In this document: positions 28,238 to 43,949 of the stretch, one piece after another
Layout: every line of letters begins with the position of its first letter
Numbering within the stretch: position 1 is the first letter of the stretch
Assembly: GCA_964016885.1 (NCBI GenBank)
Contig: OZ024747.1
Coordinates: 46,872,001 to 46,936,000, forward strand
DNA from: Eledone cirrhosa
Taxonomy: Eukaryota
Direction of reading: 5' to 3'
DNA length: 64,000 nucleotides
Program-made: the position numbers and the translations under genes
Notes under the pieces: model-generated
The model's database searches: none
What the model saw: only the letters and a program-made list of their open reading frames with translations
Told to the model about the DNA's origin: nothing

Positions 28238-29045
28238 ATTAATATCAACCCAACAAGGAAGCAATCTACTTAGTCACTCGTTATGCTAGAAATACCAGTC
28301 AAATTTGTTCATATCAAGGATGGGCACATTAAACAACGTAGTCATAGATACTATGTATTTGACCAACCAAAATTGCAAGATGCCTTTGATCGTAGGTCTG
28401 TACCGTTACTAAACAATAACAAGAACAATAGTATCTTATTAATAAGGATTTGGAGAATAGTTGACGTGACACAAACAATAAAAAAGAGGACTGGCTACTT
28501 CATGCTATGGAATTTAACGTCTAACATTTCTGTGATCAATACCTCTGATGTAGCTAAGATCAATATGTTGCCGTGGAATTGATCGTCTATGTCTCTCTGC
28601 CTTAATGTGGCCTTGTCAACATAATTTACATGGATGGAGTAAGCGTTTCAAAATTAATCAGATCTACATATACATTTGAATTCATAAAGAAAAAGAGATT
28701 ACGAAAGCATTGTTCAAACTAAGCCATGTGTATAAAGATATCTTAAGTGGCTAAACAGTAAATGGAAGTTTGAAATTCTTTCATAAGGATATCGACACTT
28801 TCTAAGTACATCTTTATCGCAGAACCTACATCCATATTGATTTCTGAAAGCGTACACATTCAACAAAAAGAATCCCGTTTACAGTCAGCACACACTTACA
28901 CACATACCACTCACACACACACGCACGCACACACACATACACATACAAACACACACATATATATATATATGTATATATGTATATATATTTATATGCATGC
29001 ATACACACTCACACACCTACACACATGTATATGTACGTATGTATC

Positions 29046-29165
<120 letters not shown>

Positions 29166-29339
29166 AAGAGAACCACAGTTAAATACGGTACTCAGAACAT
29201 CAAGAGTGAAGGTATTTATTCCATACGGAAATGATATCTACAGAACGAGAAATGTTTCATTCTTTGAAACGAATGAATCAGTTCTAATCTCATTAAGCTC
29301 CTTTCTACACTTACAATAGGATACAACTTCGAGATCTTA

Positions 29340-29730
29340 TGTCCGTTTAGTACCCATTCGACCAAATATTTTCAAGTTCTACCTCCATGGTAATCCCATA
29401 CTGCTACTGTTCCCTTCACCAGACTTGACGGTGAAACGTGAGTTAACGTCAGTACGAATTTTATTGAACGTAATTTTTGTGTTTCTTTCTTTTATATAGT
29501 GTGGCATTAACCTGCTAAAAGAAGTCTGGAGCACTAACCTCGTCGGTTTTCGGTTTTCCCAGGCTCAAATACGAGGCAAACGCCTGCATGAATCCTGACA
29601 AGCTCAATTGAAGGTATACTGAAGACGTTTTTCAAAAACCTTAGCCATGTTTCTTTCTCGCCATGTCCCCGACACAATCATCAGATAAAGAGGTAAGGTA
29701 TTGTTTGGCTTATATCCACCATGCTTTTCT
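29340..29730 (-). mobile_element. Possible highly degraded hAT (Charlie/Buster-like) transposase remnant
   Basis: Weak motifs LTSLSDD..DMA, HYI and GLPW in the expected order. Confidence 0.25.
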
Positions 29731-29992
29731 TGGGGGTTGTCCATATTCATTATTTTTTTTCGATGGATTTCATTGGCTTTTTATGTATGTTCTTATTTTT
29801 AAAATATCCTCATTTAATTCGAAATTCTTGAGGGTGTATCCGTTTCTGAATTTCTTAAATCAAATGTACATGTTCCAGAAAAAACTACGTTTTTCTATCC
29901 ACAGTTAAAGGAGTAGACGCCCGAATATCCTTTTTGTGTGTGTGTGGGGGGGGGGGGGATGAAACAAAACTTTCTTAACAAAAACATAATCC

Positions 29993-30036
<44 letters not shown>

Positions 30037-30045
30037 TATTATTAT

Positions 30046-30810
30046 TATTATCATTATTTCGTTATTTTCGACAAGGGCCGAAATATGTAGGACAATACAA
30101 GTGGGGACAGTGGGGATTTACAAAAAGAAAAAAATCAAAACGTGTAAACAAATAAAACAGATAATAATTGTTTCTACTTTTGGCAGAAGGACAGCAATTA
30201 TCCAAGTACGTTACTGGTACTTTATTTTATCGACCCCGTAAGGATGAAAGGCAAAGTTGACCTAGGTGGGATTTGAACTCAGACCATAAAGGGACGTAAC
30301 TGAGTTCAAATCCCACCGAGGTCAACTTTGCTTTCATCAGATAATAATAAACACTATAATTACAACAATAAACAAAATTCCCAATAAGTGAGAGTACCAA
30401 CTAGGCGTAACTTAAAAACGCAACAAATCCTAAACCACCCTTCTCTCCGAGAGCACCATAGGAAGGAGCCCCTCTCTTCTCGAAATTCTCCCGCCTACAG
30501 GCAGAGTACTACCATCAACTCGGGCTATCCTCACTACGGTAATCCACCTTATACAATTAAGCGACTGGGTACGTCTCCCTCTTTACCCTGACCTTCCTTT
30601 AAAAGTGAAACTTGAAAAGTTGATGAGGGCTTGGCTGAAGAGGAAAGTGTTAGTCTTCAGTCATTTCAGCAACGTTTACCACACAACCACCACTATGCAG
30701 CCACCATACAGAGGAAAACAGCCTGCCCTTCCAGGGAAAAAGACGGCGCTGGACGAATTTTATGATCGACTGCATCGAAATACAGATCCGTCCTACATGC
30801 GATAATGGGT
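30046..30810 (-). mobile_element. 5'-truncated Tx1-clade LINE (third family) next to (AAT)n/(ATT)n
   Basis: 30600-30805 aligns with 27520-27725; contains a nested SINE. Confidence 0.75.
30166..30337 (-). mobile_element. SINE, short subfamily, 5'-truncated with inversion
   Basis: 30299-30337 is an inverted copy of ~30241-30281; TSD CAGATAATAAT at 30158 and 30338. Confidence 0.8.
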
Positions 30811-31233
30811 GTTCGAAAAACCCGCAAATGTTAGCAAAGGAAATTTTCTTTATTAATGGCAATGCTGGAGCAACGATCTTTGAACACTGATTACATGGAT
30901 AAAGATTGCACCCAACATGAATATTACATTGAATTTTTATTTGAAAAATTACTATTATTTTTTTAAATGATTTTCATGTTCACTAAGTAGTCACGAAATA
31001 TGTCAGTTATTATGAGGCTCCACAATTGAGTCTTACCGAGAGATAATCAAGAAGAACACCCTCAATTCGATAGCTGAAGAAACTAATACATTCTGGTAGA
31101 AATATTTTACATCAGTCAATTTCGGTCAGAAAACTCGCAAACATGAAAGAATCTAATAAATTTAAATTTCATAGTAAAGCAGATGTTAGTATACATATAC
31201 ACACACATATATATATATAAATATATATATATA

Positions 31234-31389
<156 letters not shown>

Positions 31390-31402
31390 ATAAATATATT
31401 AT

Positions 31403-31498
<96 letters not shown>

Positions 31499-31623
31499 AT
31501 ATATATAAATATATTATATATATATATATAAATATATTATATATATATATATAAATATATTATATATATATATATAAATATATTATATATATATATATAA
31601 ATATATTATATATATATATATAA

Positions 31624-31674
<51 letters not shown>

Positions 31675-31888
31675 GGGATAACAGGTTATCGTTATGGCAG
31701 TCCACTTAGATGTCCACTTTTTTCACCCTCTCAGATGAAACAGACGCGTTATAAACAAAGTATTGGAGATCGATTGGCGCATAATCAGGCGTATAGCGAT
31801 CTCTAGACCTGCCAGATCAAAGAAACAATTGTCAGCAATGTGAATAAAGCCCTTATTGTATAGCGAACCATGTCAATCTTCTTTCTTG

Positions 31889-31975
<87 letters not shown>

Positions 31976-32052
31976 GATACATTAACGGATCCATAGACTC
32001 TCGTCATTCCCTGTAAATAATGTGCTCAAAGGAGAGGAAATCCTGAGCTCTT

Positions 32053-32281
32053 TAAAATACAATATGTTGAAAAGGTAACACACTAGAGAGAGATATACAG
32101 TGCGCTATCAATAAAACAGGGAAAACGACCACCGTATTTATTTACGCTTTAATTTATATTTTTAATTATCGTGTCTATACTCTGCCTTTCATGGGTTATA
32201 CACTGGCGATTTTTCCCTGTTTTATTGATAGCGCACTGTATCTCTCTCTAGTGTGTTACCTTTTCAACATATTGTATTTTA
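32053..32281. repeat. Fold-back inverted repeat (~72-bp arms) ending in (TA)n
   Basis: 32053-32125 versus 32210-32281. Confidence 0.85.
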
Positions 32282-32339
32282 TATATATATATATATAATG
32301 ATATTAAATAAATGGAAACTATATTTATAAAACCATATT

Positions 32340-32392
32340 TATTCTATTATATATATTTCAAGGGTACCAACATTTTGGTACGCTATCATCAG
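32340..32392 (-). ncRNA. PLE hammerhead (stem I not intact)
   Basis: Reverse complement CTGATGA-TAGCGTACCAA aatg TTGGTACCCTT-GAAA-TATATA-TA. Confidence 0.65.
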
Positions 32393-33344
32393 AGGTGTGT
32401 TTTATAAATTTTGACATAACCAAGGAGAATATACCTTAACGGTTCAAGTTTTATTTGGATAGTAAAGGGATAAGAGAAGAAAAGTCAGATATTTCAAATT
32501 ATTAAGTTGAGTATGCAAATGAGGTTTAGGTAAAAGGGCTGAAAAAAAAACGTTATTTTAGACGCTATGGAAAATTTAAATAATTATGGTAAGTTATTGT
32601 GTGCGTAGGTAAGAAGAGAAAGGAAGAAGAACTAGCATTTACGTTAATTTGGGGGGAAAATAGTAGAATATGATTCCATAGTTTAAATTTAAATTTATTT
32701 ACCTATATTATGAGTTATAATATTGTATATATAATCATTAAATTATATGCAGAATTATGGTTGTAAGTATTTTTATCTTATTACATTACGATAGGTTATA
32801 TGTATATAAATATCTATATAGATTAATAATTGCGTATTAGTATTATAGAGATAGGGATAATTTACAATTATTAGTTATTTATATATCTAATATGAGTTAC
32901 GAAGGACGTTGATTTTGTATTTTACTTAAAAATAGGTGGTTCAAGTTGTGAGAGTAGAACAATTTGTGGATTCAAAAATGTTGTTCAACATTGAAAATGT
33001 TTTCAGAATATTGTTAATATAGCGAAGTTATATAGATTATCAAACATAATATGTTTATGTCTGCACGATTGAGAAAGGAAAGATAACTCCAATTTTGTTT
33101 GTTAACCGTTAAATTTGATGAGTGATTTACTCCAAAATATATAGAGAAAATTATATATTATTGTGTGTGAGATCCATTATTTTAGTCGAAAGATGTGGGA
33201 ATGTTTGAATAATAAAAAGAGAGAGGAAAAATGAAATGTGCTTTTCGAAGATCTATCGTAAAGAGGATAAATTTTCAGAATGTCCTTTAAAGATTATCAA
33301 TCTACATCTAAAAATATATTTAGAGGGGTGTCCTTAGAAAAATA

Positions 33345-33499
33345 ATTGTTACTACTTTAGGCACAAGGCCAGCAATTACCCAGTGCATTACTGGTACTTT
33401 ATTTTATCGACTCCGCAAGGATGAAAGGCAAAGTAAATCTCGGCGGGATTTGAACTCAGACCGTAAAGGGACGTAACTATGCTGGAAAGCATGGCGTGT
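33345..33499 (-). mobile_element. SINE, short subfamily, nested in the PLE 3' region
   Basis: Shared SINE body. Confidence 0.85.
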
Positions 33500-33736
33500 C
33501 AGAATTAAAAATAATGTCAGAATTAAAATAATGTCAGAATTAAAATAATGTCGGAAATTAAAATATTAGATATATATATTAAAAATATTATAAATATTAG
33601 AGATATTATAAAATTTAGAAATATTAAAAATATTTAAAAAATATTTAAAATATAAAAAATATTTAAAAAATTTACATTTAAAATTTTAAAAAGGTAGGAT
33701 CATTTTGAAGGTGTATAGAAATATTATAAATTAAAA

Positions 33737-36394
33737 ATAGTTCTGAACGTGGAATGTTGGCGATGTCTGCAAGAAGAAAATAATTCTGTACTGGGATTGA
33801 TAGAGAGCTTTGACAGTTAATTGTCTAAAAAATTTCTTCGATACACAATTTACAGAATCTTGATAAAGCCATATTTCGGTATGCAGGTGCTTTCGAAATC
33901 GTTCTCCAAGATATTGAATAGTCTATGTTGTTTTCTTTTAAATTCCAAATTAGAAGTGAAAGTGAAGTAGAAGATTTTTTATCAGATCTCTTAAATGTAT
34001 GATTATGGTTATTCCAGCGTTCTATAAATTTTGTTGAAGTGGCACCAACATAGTTAAACATTTTGTCCCTAGTTTTAACTGAGCATTTATAAACTACGTT
34101 TTTGTCTAAACAACTATTTTGTAAAGGGCAGTTTGATTTGATTCTACAGTTACATTTACTGGAGTTATTGTTGTTCAGAACGGTACTATTATTCTGAATA
34201 TTGTTGTTAGAAATATTATTATTGCTATTTTGGTTAGTTTGGTTAGGGTTTAATTTTAAGTTTCTATTATTAATTCTATTTATATTTTGTGCTATGTTCA
34301 TAGTAGTAGAGTAGGATAGTTTTATAGTGTGTCTGTTAAAAATAGAATGATATCTGTGGGCTTTAGGAAAACATTTATCTAGTGCTGTAAAGAATAGCTT
34401 TGCTAAAGGTGTTTTAACGCTTAATGAGAATAGGGGAGAATACCAAATAATATTTCTAGTTCTAGTTTTTTTTTTGTTTTAGTGTTTAAGTTAATACTAG
34501 GATGATATGTCATGTTATTGTTATGTATGTATTTAATTCTATTTGAGGATCCTGATCTATGTAAAGCTTCATTATAATATTCTGCCTTATCATCAACAAT
34601 ATTTTTATTAGCGGAGATGCGTGAAATCCGTTGTTGGACGCTATTGACAATAGTGTTTTTTAATACTTCTAGGATGATTAGAATTGAAACTTACATAATT
34701 TAGATTTTCGTTAATTTTATGGAAAGGATAGTAAATACCTGTGTTAAGGTTTAAGATTACATCTAGGAAATTAATGATTTTGTAGTTATTCTCTATTTCA
34801 AGTTAAGATTGTAGTTGTTGAAAAATTGTATTATGGATTTCCTTTTCCTATTAATTTCACTATTGCTATGGTTTTCAGTTAGAAGCAACATATCGTCACG
34901 ATATAAACCTCCGGTCATATCTGGCATTTTCCTATGCAGTACATTATTAATAAATAATCCAACGAGGTCCGTAAGTTACGCAGAGTCAGATGATCTCATA
35001 GTGATATCAAAATTGTTTTTTCTGTCGGCTCTTGTCCAGAGATGATTATTAAATTCAATTAGTGTTTTAAGTGCTGTTAGAATTATATTCATTTCATCAC
35101 AAGATAAGTCTGTATGTTTATACGCGTAGATAAGTGCCTTATTAAGTAAACTAGGGGTAATAGAGGAGTAATAATTTGCAATATCCATTTGAATGAAGTT
35201 TTTGTTATGTTTTAATTTTATGTTATTAAACCAATCTATAACTTCATTAGTACCGTTCCATAGTTTAAGGTGAGATTTTACTTTAAGTAGTGGAATAATT
35301 CTATCTAATATATGTTTGCTAATTATGCAAAGTCCGATTTAGATTGTGCGATGCCTGGTAGTTCAATTTCAAAATGTTTTTGTGGTCTTTCATGTTGATT
35401 TTCGGTTTTCTAGGTAAAAAGGGTTCAGTCCTATTTTGGATGCATAATATGTAAATAATTTCAGAAGCTTCTCTATTTAACGTTGAAAGATCTTCATTTG
35501 ATGTTATTTTGTAGTTTTTGCTGAGTTCTTTCAATATCTATCTATCTAAGGCGGGTAAAATTCCCGAGATCCATGGACGAGTTCTCTCCAGCGGTCTCTG
35601 TCCCTCATTATCGCTGCCATGTCCTGCATCTCCAACAGACCAGTGTCTGTCCTTAGGGCATCAACATACGTTAACCTTGGTCTTCCTCTTCTAGTGTGTC
35701 CATGTAGGGGCTCCCAAAGGAGTACTGAGTGCAATGTCAACTCTGGATGTCGGTGAGCATGTCCAGCTAACCTCAGTCTCCTCTGTGTCACTTTTGAGCT
35801 GACTTTTGGGATGCTCCCATACAGCTCTGAGTTTTTCATCCTCAGTGTATACTGATTAATATTCAGAGCCATCCTCAGCATTCTCGTGTAGCACCCATCC
35901 ACCATCTGAGTGAGTTTCTTGGTCAGTGTCCAAGTCTCAGACCCATACAGCAGCACAGACTCCACTACAGCAATGAATATAAGGTTATTATATTCATCCT
36001 TTTCCATCCATATAAATTATTAGTTTTGTCAGATTTTACGAGGATCCTCTTAGTTTTATCAAGATTGTCTATTTTATTATTGGGGCCTTTAAGGTACTCC
36101 TGGCCTATAAATTGTTTTTTTTTTAAATTTAATATTTTGTATAATAGATATTACTTCATTTTCAAATTCGGCTAGTAGTTTGTTGCTAGGTGGATTCTTC
36201 TTAGATTTGAAGATATGATCAAAGTTGTAACTGGAATTATTTATTTTGTAATCCGATTTTCTATCAAAATGGAAGGCACGCCATCTAAGTCTTCGTATAA
36301 AGGAGTCAGATTTCTCAATGAGTTGTTTTAGATATTCCTTATTTTTAGGTAAGGGTACATCTTTTAGAGAAGAAGAAATCTTAAAGAATTCCAT
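33737..36394 (-). pseudogene. PLE RT + GIY-YIG polyprotein, disrupted
   Basis: MEFFKISSSLKDVPLP..IRRLRWRAFHF; MKDHK; MDIANYYSSI; GLYRDDML; FLDVILNL; CNCR..CPL..CL, VYKC..YVGAT, CKLC, SCRH; frameshifts and an RTE insertion. Confidence 0.9.
35535..35985 (-). mobile_element. RTE-clade LINE 3' fragment inserted in the PLE ORF
   Basis: ESVLLYGSETWTL...RMLRMAL...RRLRLAGHAHR...RRGRP; (AGAT)n tail; splits PLE frame EYNNLI/LKELSK with an ATATT duplication. Confidence 0.9.
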
Positions 36395-36861
36395 TATTTT
36401 GCAATCAGTTATAATTTAAAGTACTCAACAATTAAGTACCTATTTATAAGCAGAAAGGATATTCAATTTGTGGGTAATTCAACAAATATAAATGTTTATA
36501 ACTGATTCAGGGCACTCTGATTCATACACATTATATTTTATACTCCAGAAAACCTGCTCTGAATCAGTTATAAACATTTATATCTGTTGAATTACCAACA
36601 AACTGAATATCCCTTCTGCTTATATATATATATATAATATAAAGTATGTCCATAGAATCATTTGATAATATATATACACCATTTCCTCTCCCAATTAGCA
36701 TGATCAACCACACAAAAAAACAATTAAAGATTAATATATATATTTATATATTATATATAAATATTATATATAGATTATATATATATATATATATCCTGCC
36801 AACCTTCAACCGTCAAGGTTGTTTTTCTACAGATATGTCAACATTTATGAAACATATTTTG

Positions 36862-36926
36862 TATTTTATCTGATGAAAGCGCACAAACATTGCCTTGGTT
36901 GCCCTTGAAATATATATAATAAAATA
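36862..36926 (+). ncRNA. Type I hammerhead (same PLE end family as 32340 and 37729)
   Basis: TATTTTAT-CTGATGA-AAGCGCAC..GTTGCCCTT-GAAA-TATATA-TA-ATAAAATA. Confidence 0.75.
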
Positions 36927-36961
36927 ATTATAGTTTTACAAATATAGTTTCCATTTATTAA

Positions 36962-37061
<100 letters not shown>

Positions 37062-37284
37062 ATTTATATAAAGAATTAATATCTAGTAACATATATATAC
37101 ATACAGATGCATATCAATGCTAGCAAATATATAGGTTTTGTCTTAGTAACATTGTGGAAGTTGGAAGTGATATTTTAATAAGTAAGTTAATTTTATAATT
37201 TTCTTATTTTACGTCTCTCATATATATTTATATATATATATTTATATATATATATTTATATATATATATATTTATATATTTATT

Positions 37285-37408
<124 letters not shown>

Positions 37409-37637
37409 GAAGTTGGAAAGCCACAATAATGCAGGGTTTGGACAGAGGAGAATTCAAAACGCAAAAACCACAAGGAGTAGGGTTTGTTCTATTATTTTAC
37501 TTTAATTTATTCATATGACCTGATATTTCGAGATTATCTCTTCGACTGAAGAAAATAAAGGAACTATTCCAGTGTCCGATATAGCTTGCTAATTCTATAT
37601 ACCATATACAATGCTTCAAATAAAATACAAATTCCTT

Positions 37638-37689
<52 letters not shown>

Positions 37690-37728
37690 GATATTAACAA
37701 ATGGAAACTATATTTATAAAACCATATT

Positions 37729-37793
37729 TATTTCATTATACATATTTCAAGGACACCAAGTTAAATTATGGTGTGCTTTCATCAGATAAAATA
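37729..37793 (-). ncRNA. Type I hammerhead
   Basis: Reverse complement TATTTTAT-CTGATGA-AAGCACACCA..TGGTGTCCTT-GAAA-TATGTA-TA-ATGAAATA. Confidence 0.8.
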
Positions 37794-38483
37794 TAACATA
37801 GATCAGTTTTATAAATCAATATTGACATACCCTTAAAGAATGCAACCATTACTGTTGGAAGTTCCCGGATAGTGGAGTTGTAGCTTGTTGTATCCCAACA
37901 ATTTAAATAGAACTCTTACATATATATATATTTATATATACAGAGAGAGAGGGGGGGGGAGGAAGAAGGAGATGTGAGTAAAGTAAACTGAAGAAAGATT
38001 ACTCAATGCATAGAGTAAAATACAGAGTTTTCCATGAGATATCAGAAGATAAAAAGATAAATGGATAAATTTCGTAAGTGTATTCAAGAAACGGGGAATA
38101 GATTGAGGGTCAGGTAGTTTAGTTGTGTGTGTGGTCATGAGTTTGTGCGAGTGTGTGAATGTCTAGTCTTTATTTCCTTAAGTATAATCTGCACCCAGCC
38201 ATGTCTATGATTCTGAGAGATGTTGTCAACTCACCTCTTCGTAAATTGAGTATGTGTGAGTGTTGCAGTAAGTCAACCTGTCTATATAATATATATATAT
38301 ATGAGTGTGCGTGTGTGTATGGGTATATATGTGTTCGTAGACATGTACATATATGTAAGTATTTATACATTATATACACTGTATATACATACACGCATAC
38401 ACACACACGCATAAACACACACGCATACACACACACTCATATATATGTGTATATATATATATATATATATGTATGTTTATCTA

Positions 38484-38590
<107 letters not shown>

Positions 38591-38596
38591 ACACTT

Positions 38597-38640
<44 letters not shown>

Positions 38641-38646
38641 ACACAT

Positions 38647-38723
<77 letters not shown>

Positions 38724-38987
38724 CGACGCGGGGTGTCTGTTTGAGCGTATCTTAGATTTAGATTTGTTTACAGATATTAAATGAACTGTGAATGTATAGT
38801 TATATCGGAAATCATAGAACATAAACTTGTGAAAAATGCCTTCCTTTCATATAATAATGAAATATAAACAGACTATAATGTATTTATAGAAGAGTACGAG
38901 TAAAATGGAGTTAGTCAAGAGAGTGATTTCACATACGCGCGCACCACGTATACGTATACACACAATGGATGGATGTAAATATAGATA

Positions 38988-39333
<346 letters not shown>

Positions 39334-39370
39334 TATGTATGTATATATATATATATATGTATATATATAC

Positions 39371-39432
<62 letters not shown>

Positions 39433-39438
39433 GAAAGC

Positions 39439-39470
<32 letters not shown>

Positions 39471-39530
39471 TATGTATATACATATATATATATATACTTA
39501 TATACAATATATATATATGTATATATATAC

Positions 39531-39584
<54 letters not shown>

Positions 39585-40046
39585 GAAAGCTATATATATA
39601 TATGTATATATATATATATGTATATACATATATATATATATACTTATATACAATATATATATATGTATGTATAAATATATATATATATATGTGTGTGTGT
39701 ATGTGTGTGTGTGTATATATATATATGGGGAAAGTGAACGGGTGTGTATACATATGTATGTATTTATGTATGCAGGCATATTCATAGGTGCATATATACC
39801 GGCACAAATGTTTCTCAAATTTTATAGAGCAGAAAAACTGTATCTATAGAAGAAAGATAGTGAGGCAACTAGATTAACGGTCAAACAGTTATATGAGGGG
39901 CGGGATAGAGAGAGAGAGAGGGGTGGGATGGAGAGAGGGGTAGGGAGAGATAGTGAGATAGAGAGAGTGGGCCTGAGAGATAAAAGTCAATGATTGAAGG
40001 TGACAAAGAGAGAGTAAGAAGAAGAAGAGGGATAATAGAAACACAG

Positions 40047-40103
<57 letters not shown>

Positions 40104-40278
40104 GATATATACACACATATATCAAAATATATATAGAGAGAGAGAGAAAGCGATAAAAGAGAGACACTTGTATGGCCATTATTCGACTTTCTACTCCACA
40201 CTTAAGGAAACTAGAGTGAATTTATCATTGGATAGAATGCTTGATGTTCAAGCAGAAATCTATATACTATGCTATAAT

Positions 40279-40890
40279 AATTATTTCTACTTTTGGCACA
40301 AGGCCAGCAATTATCCCAGTGTATTACTGGTACTTTATTTTATCGACCCCGTAAGGATGAAAAGCAAAGTTAACCTCGGTGGGATTTGAACTCAGAACAT
40401 AAAGGGACGTAACTCTTTGCTGCAAAACATGGCGGCAGACCCTCTACCGATACCCCCAATCCACCGCCCTCTTCTGTAATAATTGTTTCTACTTTTGGTA
40501 CAAGGCCAGCAATTACCCAGTACATTACTGGTACTTTACTGGTACTTTATTTTATCGACCCCGTAAGAATGAAAGGCAAAGTTAGCCTCGGCGGGATTTG
40601 AACTCAGACTGTAAAGGACCGTAACTCTATGCTGCAAAGCATGGCGTCCGACCCTCTACCGATACTGCAAATCCACCGCCCTCTTCTGTAATAATGATAT
40701 ATATATTGTTACACGATGTATCAGTGACTTCATTATATATACATAGTACGTATAGAGTTACGGCCCTTGCCATTCTGAATTCAAATCCCGCCGAGGTTAA
40801 CTTTGCCTTTCATCCTAAGGGGGTCGATAAAATAAAGTACCAGTAATGTACTGGGTAATTGCTGGCCTTGTTCCAAAAGTAGAAACAATT
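40279..40890. mobile_element. Cluster of three short-subfamily SINEs (two minus in tandem, one plus)
   Basis: 40279-40468 (-), 40481-40680 (-), 40755-40890 (+); CTCTTCTGTAATAAT duplicated around the second copy. Confidence 0.9.
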
Positions 40891-41507
40891 ATATATTCAT
40901 AGTAGACTTAATAAAGTAGCTACGAAATTCTGGCAGCAGCACTGAAACAACTTCTCATAATTAACCACACATTTATACTAACCAACATGCAGCCTCAATT
41001 CCGTCGTCCGACCTGATAGTCATAGTAGTTAATTGTACCTAAAAACATATTGCTATTTTAAAAGTGATATGAGATATTGAATTACGTAGTTTCTGGATAT
41101 TCTAGATTCGTTTAAAGGTAAGCTTGCCGCGGGTTAAATGTTCTTTATTGTATGTCTGTTCGATCCTACTAAGGCAGGGTTAAACAACAACAGAAACAAC
41201 TTCAAAGAGTAGGTTTTCGACAGTTCAATGAACAGCCATCGGTTTCTTGGATGAGTGCTGCAGATGTACGATTAACAACTAAGTTTATGTAGGGGAAATC
41301 TTAGTTTTATTCCTTCTGAGACAAATAGATAGATAGTTAAAAGTACAAAACAAAATCTACTTTCATTTCTATAAATATTTAGTAATAATTACATAACCAT
41401 GTTTTATATGAATTAAATATGGTACTTGAGAGGGCAATAACTCACTTAAGACAGTAGAATGAGGGATTATATGTACAGACACACACATACACACGCACAC
41501 ATATATA

Positions 41508-41577
<70 letters not shown>

Positions 41578-41596
41578 AGTATGTATGTAAGTGTGA

Positions 41597-41641
<45 letters not shown>

Positions 41642-41978
41642 CCTACAGAATGTTCTTTACCCATTCAAATAAAACCATTCATTTATATAAAAATGGTTAT
41701 TTTATTCTTGCTTTTATTTTTTCAACGAACTTTCCGATTTTATCAGAAATCTACCCATTCATATGTAAATGACGACGTTGTCTATCGGAACGGTAAACGA
41801 AAAAAATATGAAACGAACCTAAAAAAAGAATAATGATAATAATAAATAATAGAATGAATAAAATAAATGAAACATTTATAATTTTTCATTCGATGTCGAA
41901 AAAAAAACTAGATCTTTTCTCATCTCATCTAATCTCATCTCAGTTAAGATTAGTGCTGACTTCTCTGACTATACATAC

Positions 41979-42014
<36 letters not shown>

Positions 42015-42192
42015 ATACATACATACATGTATATTTGAATAAAATATATACACACACGGATACTCCCATATACATATATATATACATATATCTTTGTGTG
42101 TGTGTGTGTATACATACATACATGTATATTTGAATATAATATATTCACACACGGATACTCACACATACATATATATATATATATGTGTGTGT

Positions 42193-42265
<73 letters not shown>

Positions 42266-42544
42266 CATCGAATTGGGTTGCGTTACTTTTCGTCTAATTA
42301 TTATTTCATATTTTATGTAAAAGAAATTAGAAATATCTTTATCATTTGATTTAGGAAATGATTTCACGGAAGAATATTTTTTCTTTTCTTTTCCTTCATT
42401 CCGATTTTTTTTTGATTTTTTAAAAACTTTTCTATGTTATGTTTTCGTATATTTTTACTTTCGAAGAGTTACTTCTTTTACAATATTTTATTAACAAAGA
42501 CATAGGGTGGTGGCCTTAGATGGAAATGTGATGCTAGTTTAATC

Positions 42545-43115
42545 AACCCATTACTTTATTTCATCAATCTCGGAATTGTGGAAGCCAACGTTGATAACGA
42601 TGGTATTTGAACTCGGAATATAAAGATCCTGAATAAATATCGACGCTCTATCAATTCTGCCAAACAACAGCTTAGAATCAAGAAAGAGTTTTATTAATAA
42701 ATTAAGTGGATTGGCAGTATCGGTAGGGCGTCGGACAAAATGCTTTGCCGCATAGACTTACGGCCCTATATGATCTGAGTTCAAATCCCGTCGAGGTTAA
42801 CTTTGCCTTTCATCTATACGGTGTCGATTAAATAAAGTACCAGTCACGCACTGGGGTCGATTTAATCGACTTTCCCCTCCCCCAAAATTGTTGGCATTGT
42901 GCCTATATACTAAACCATCAGTAAGCCAAGTGGATTGGCAGTATCGGTAGAGGGTCGGACGCCATGCATTGTAGCATAGAGATATGCCCCTTTACAGCCT
43001 CGGTTCAAATCCCGCCAAGGTTAACTTTGCCTTTCATCCTTACGGGGTCGATAAAATAAAGAACCAATAATGTACTGGGATAATTGCTGGCTTTGTGCCA
43101 AAAGTAGAAATAATT
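42545..43115. mobile_element. SINE cluster: degraded (-), long (+) 42706-42915, short (+) 42929-43115
   Basis: Shared SINE head and body. Confidence 0.85.
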
Positions 43116-43716
43116 AATAAACCAAGTGAAATAACGTGGCAAATTGGTTGGGATGTTGGTGAACTGATGTGAATTCGATTGTCCTTGAGCAAGACACTTC
43201 ATTTCATCAGTCCAGTCAACTAAAAGCCTGAGAAGCATTGAGTGCCCTTTTTTCATACATACGAGAAAAAAACTAATGATGGTCTAAATATACTGATAGC
43301 ACAAAGTAAAAGTTTGTTAGCGTCCTACCCGAAACGTCAGGCCTCTCATATTACTCAGAACCTCAAAGCAACTAACACTGTACTTACAAAAATCGTTTAT
43401 ACTCCTTAATTCCATCCATTTTAAACGAATATTCTTTGACTCATTACATAGAGTATGAGATAGAGAGGGGAGGAGAGAGAGAAACCGAAGGTTACCTCGT
43501 TACGAATTTTCAATGCAGTTTTGTATATACGCTGAATCTGTAATTCATGTAGTAGATTTAGTAAGTTTATCAGCTAACCACATGCAGTTGTTAGGTTATC
43601 TATGTATGTATGTATGGATGTGTGGATGTGTGGATGTGTGAGCCTGTGTGTATACATTCATGCATACATAACATATATATGTATGTATATGTGTGTGCAT
43701 ATATATATATACAGAC

Positions 43717-43760
<44 letters not shown>

Positions 43761-43842
43761 TATACTCCAGTCCTACAAATTGTAGAATGCTACTTATCCG
43801 ATATTTGCATTGCTTTATTGTGCTACAATAAAACTCACCTCC

Positions 43843-43896
<54 letters not shown>

Positions 43897-43913
43897 CATG
43901 TATATATATATAT

Positions 43914-43949
<36 letters not shown>

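Larger units (their letters stand above)
32298..36623 (-). mobile_element. Near-full-length Penelope-like element (Naiad-like) with nested RTE and SINE
   Basis: ORF start at 36394, RT, GIY-YIG, AT-rich 3' region, terminal hammerhead near 32340-32392, small 5' fold-back at 36446-36623. Confidence 0.85.

Noticed and set aside
33737-34301. Selenocysteine (UGA/SECIS) recoding, reported for some Naiad PLEs
   Set aside because: Conserved Cys codons checked here and at 19594-20070 are TGT/TGC, with no in-frame TGA
37510-37550. Minus-strand GAAGAGAT..ATCTCGAAA motif
   Set aside because: No valid CUGA/UUGA start or stem I
43272-43342. CTAATGATGG...CCCGAAACGTC hammerhead candidate
   Set aside because: Core mutated and stems poor; at best a relic
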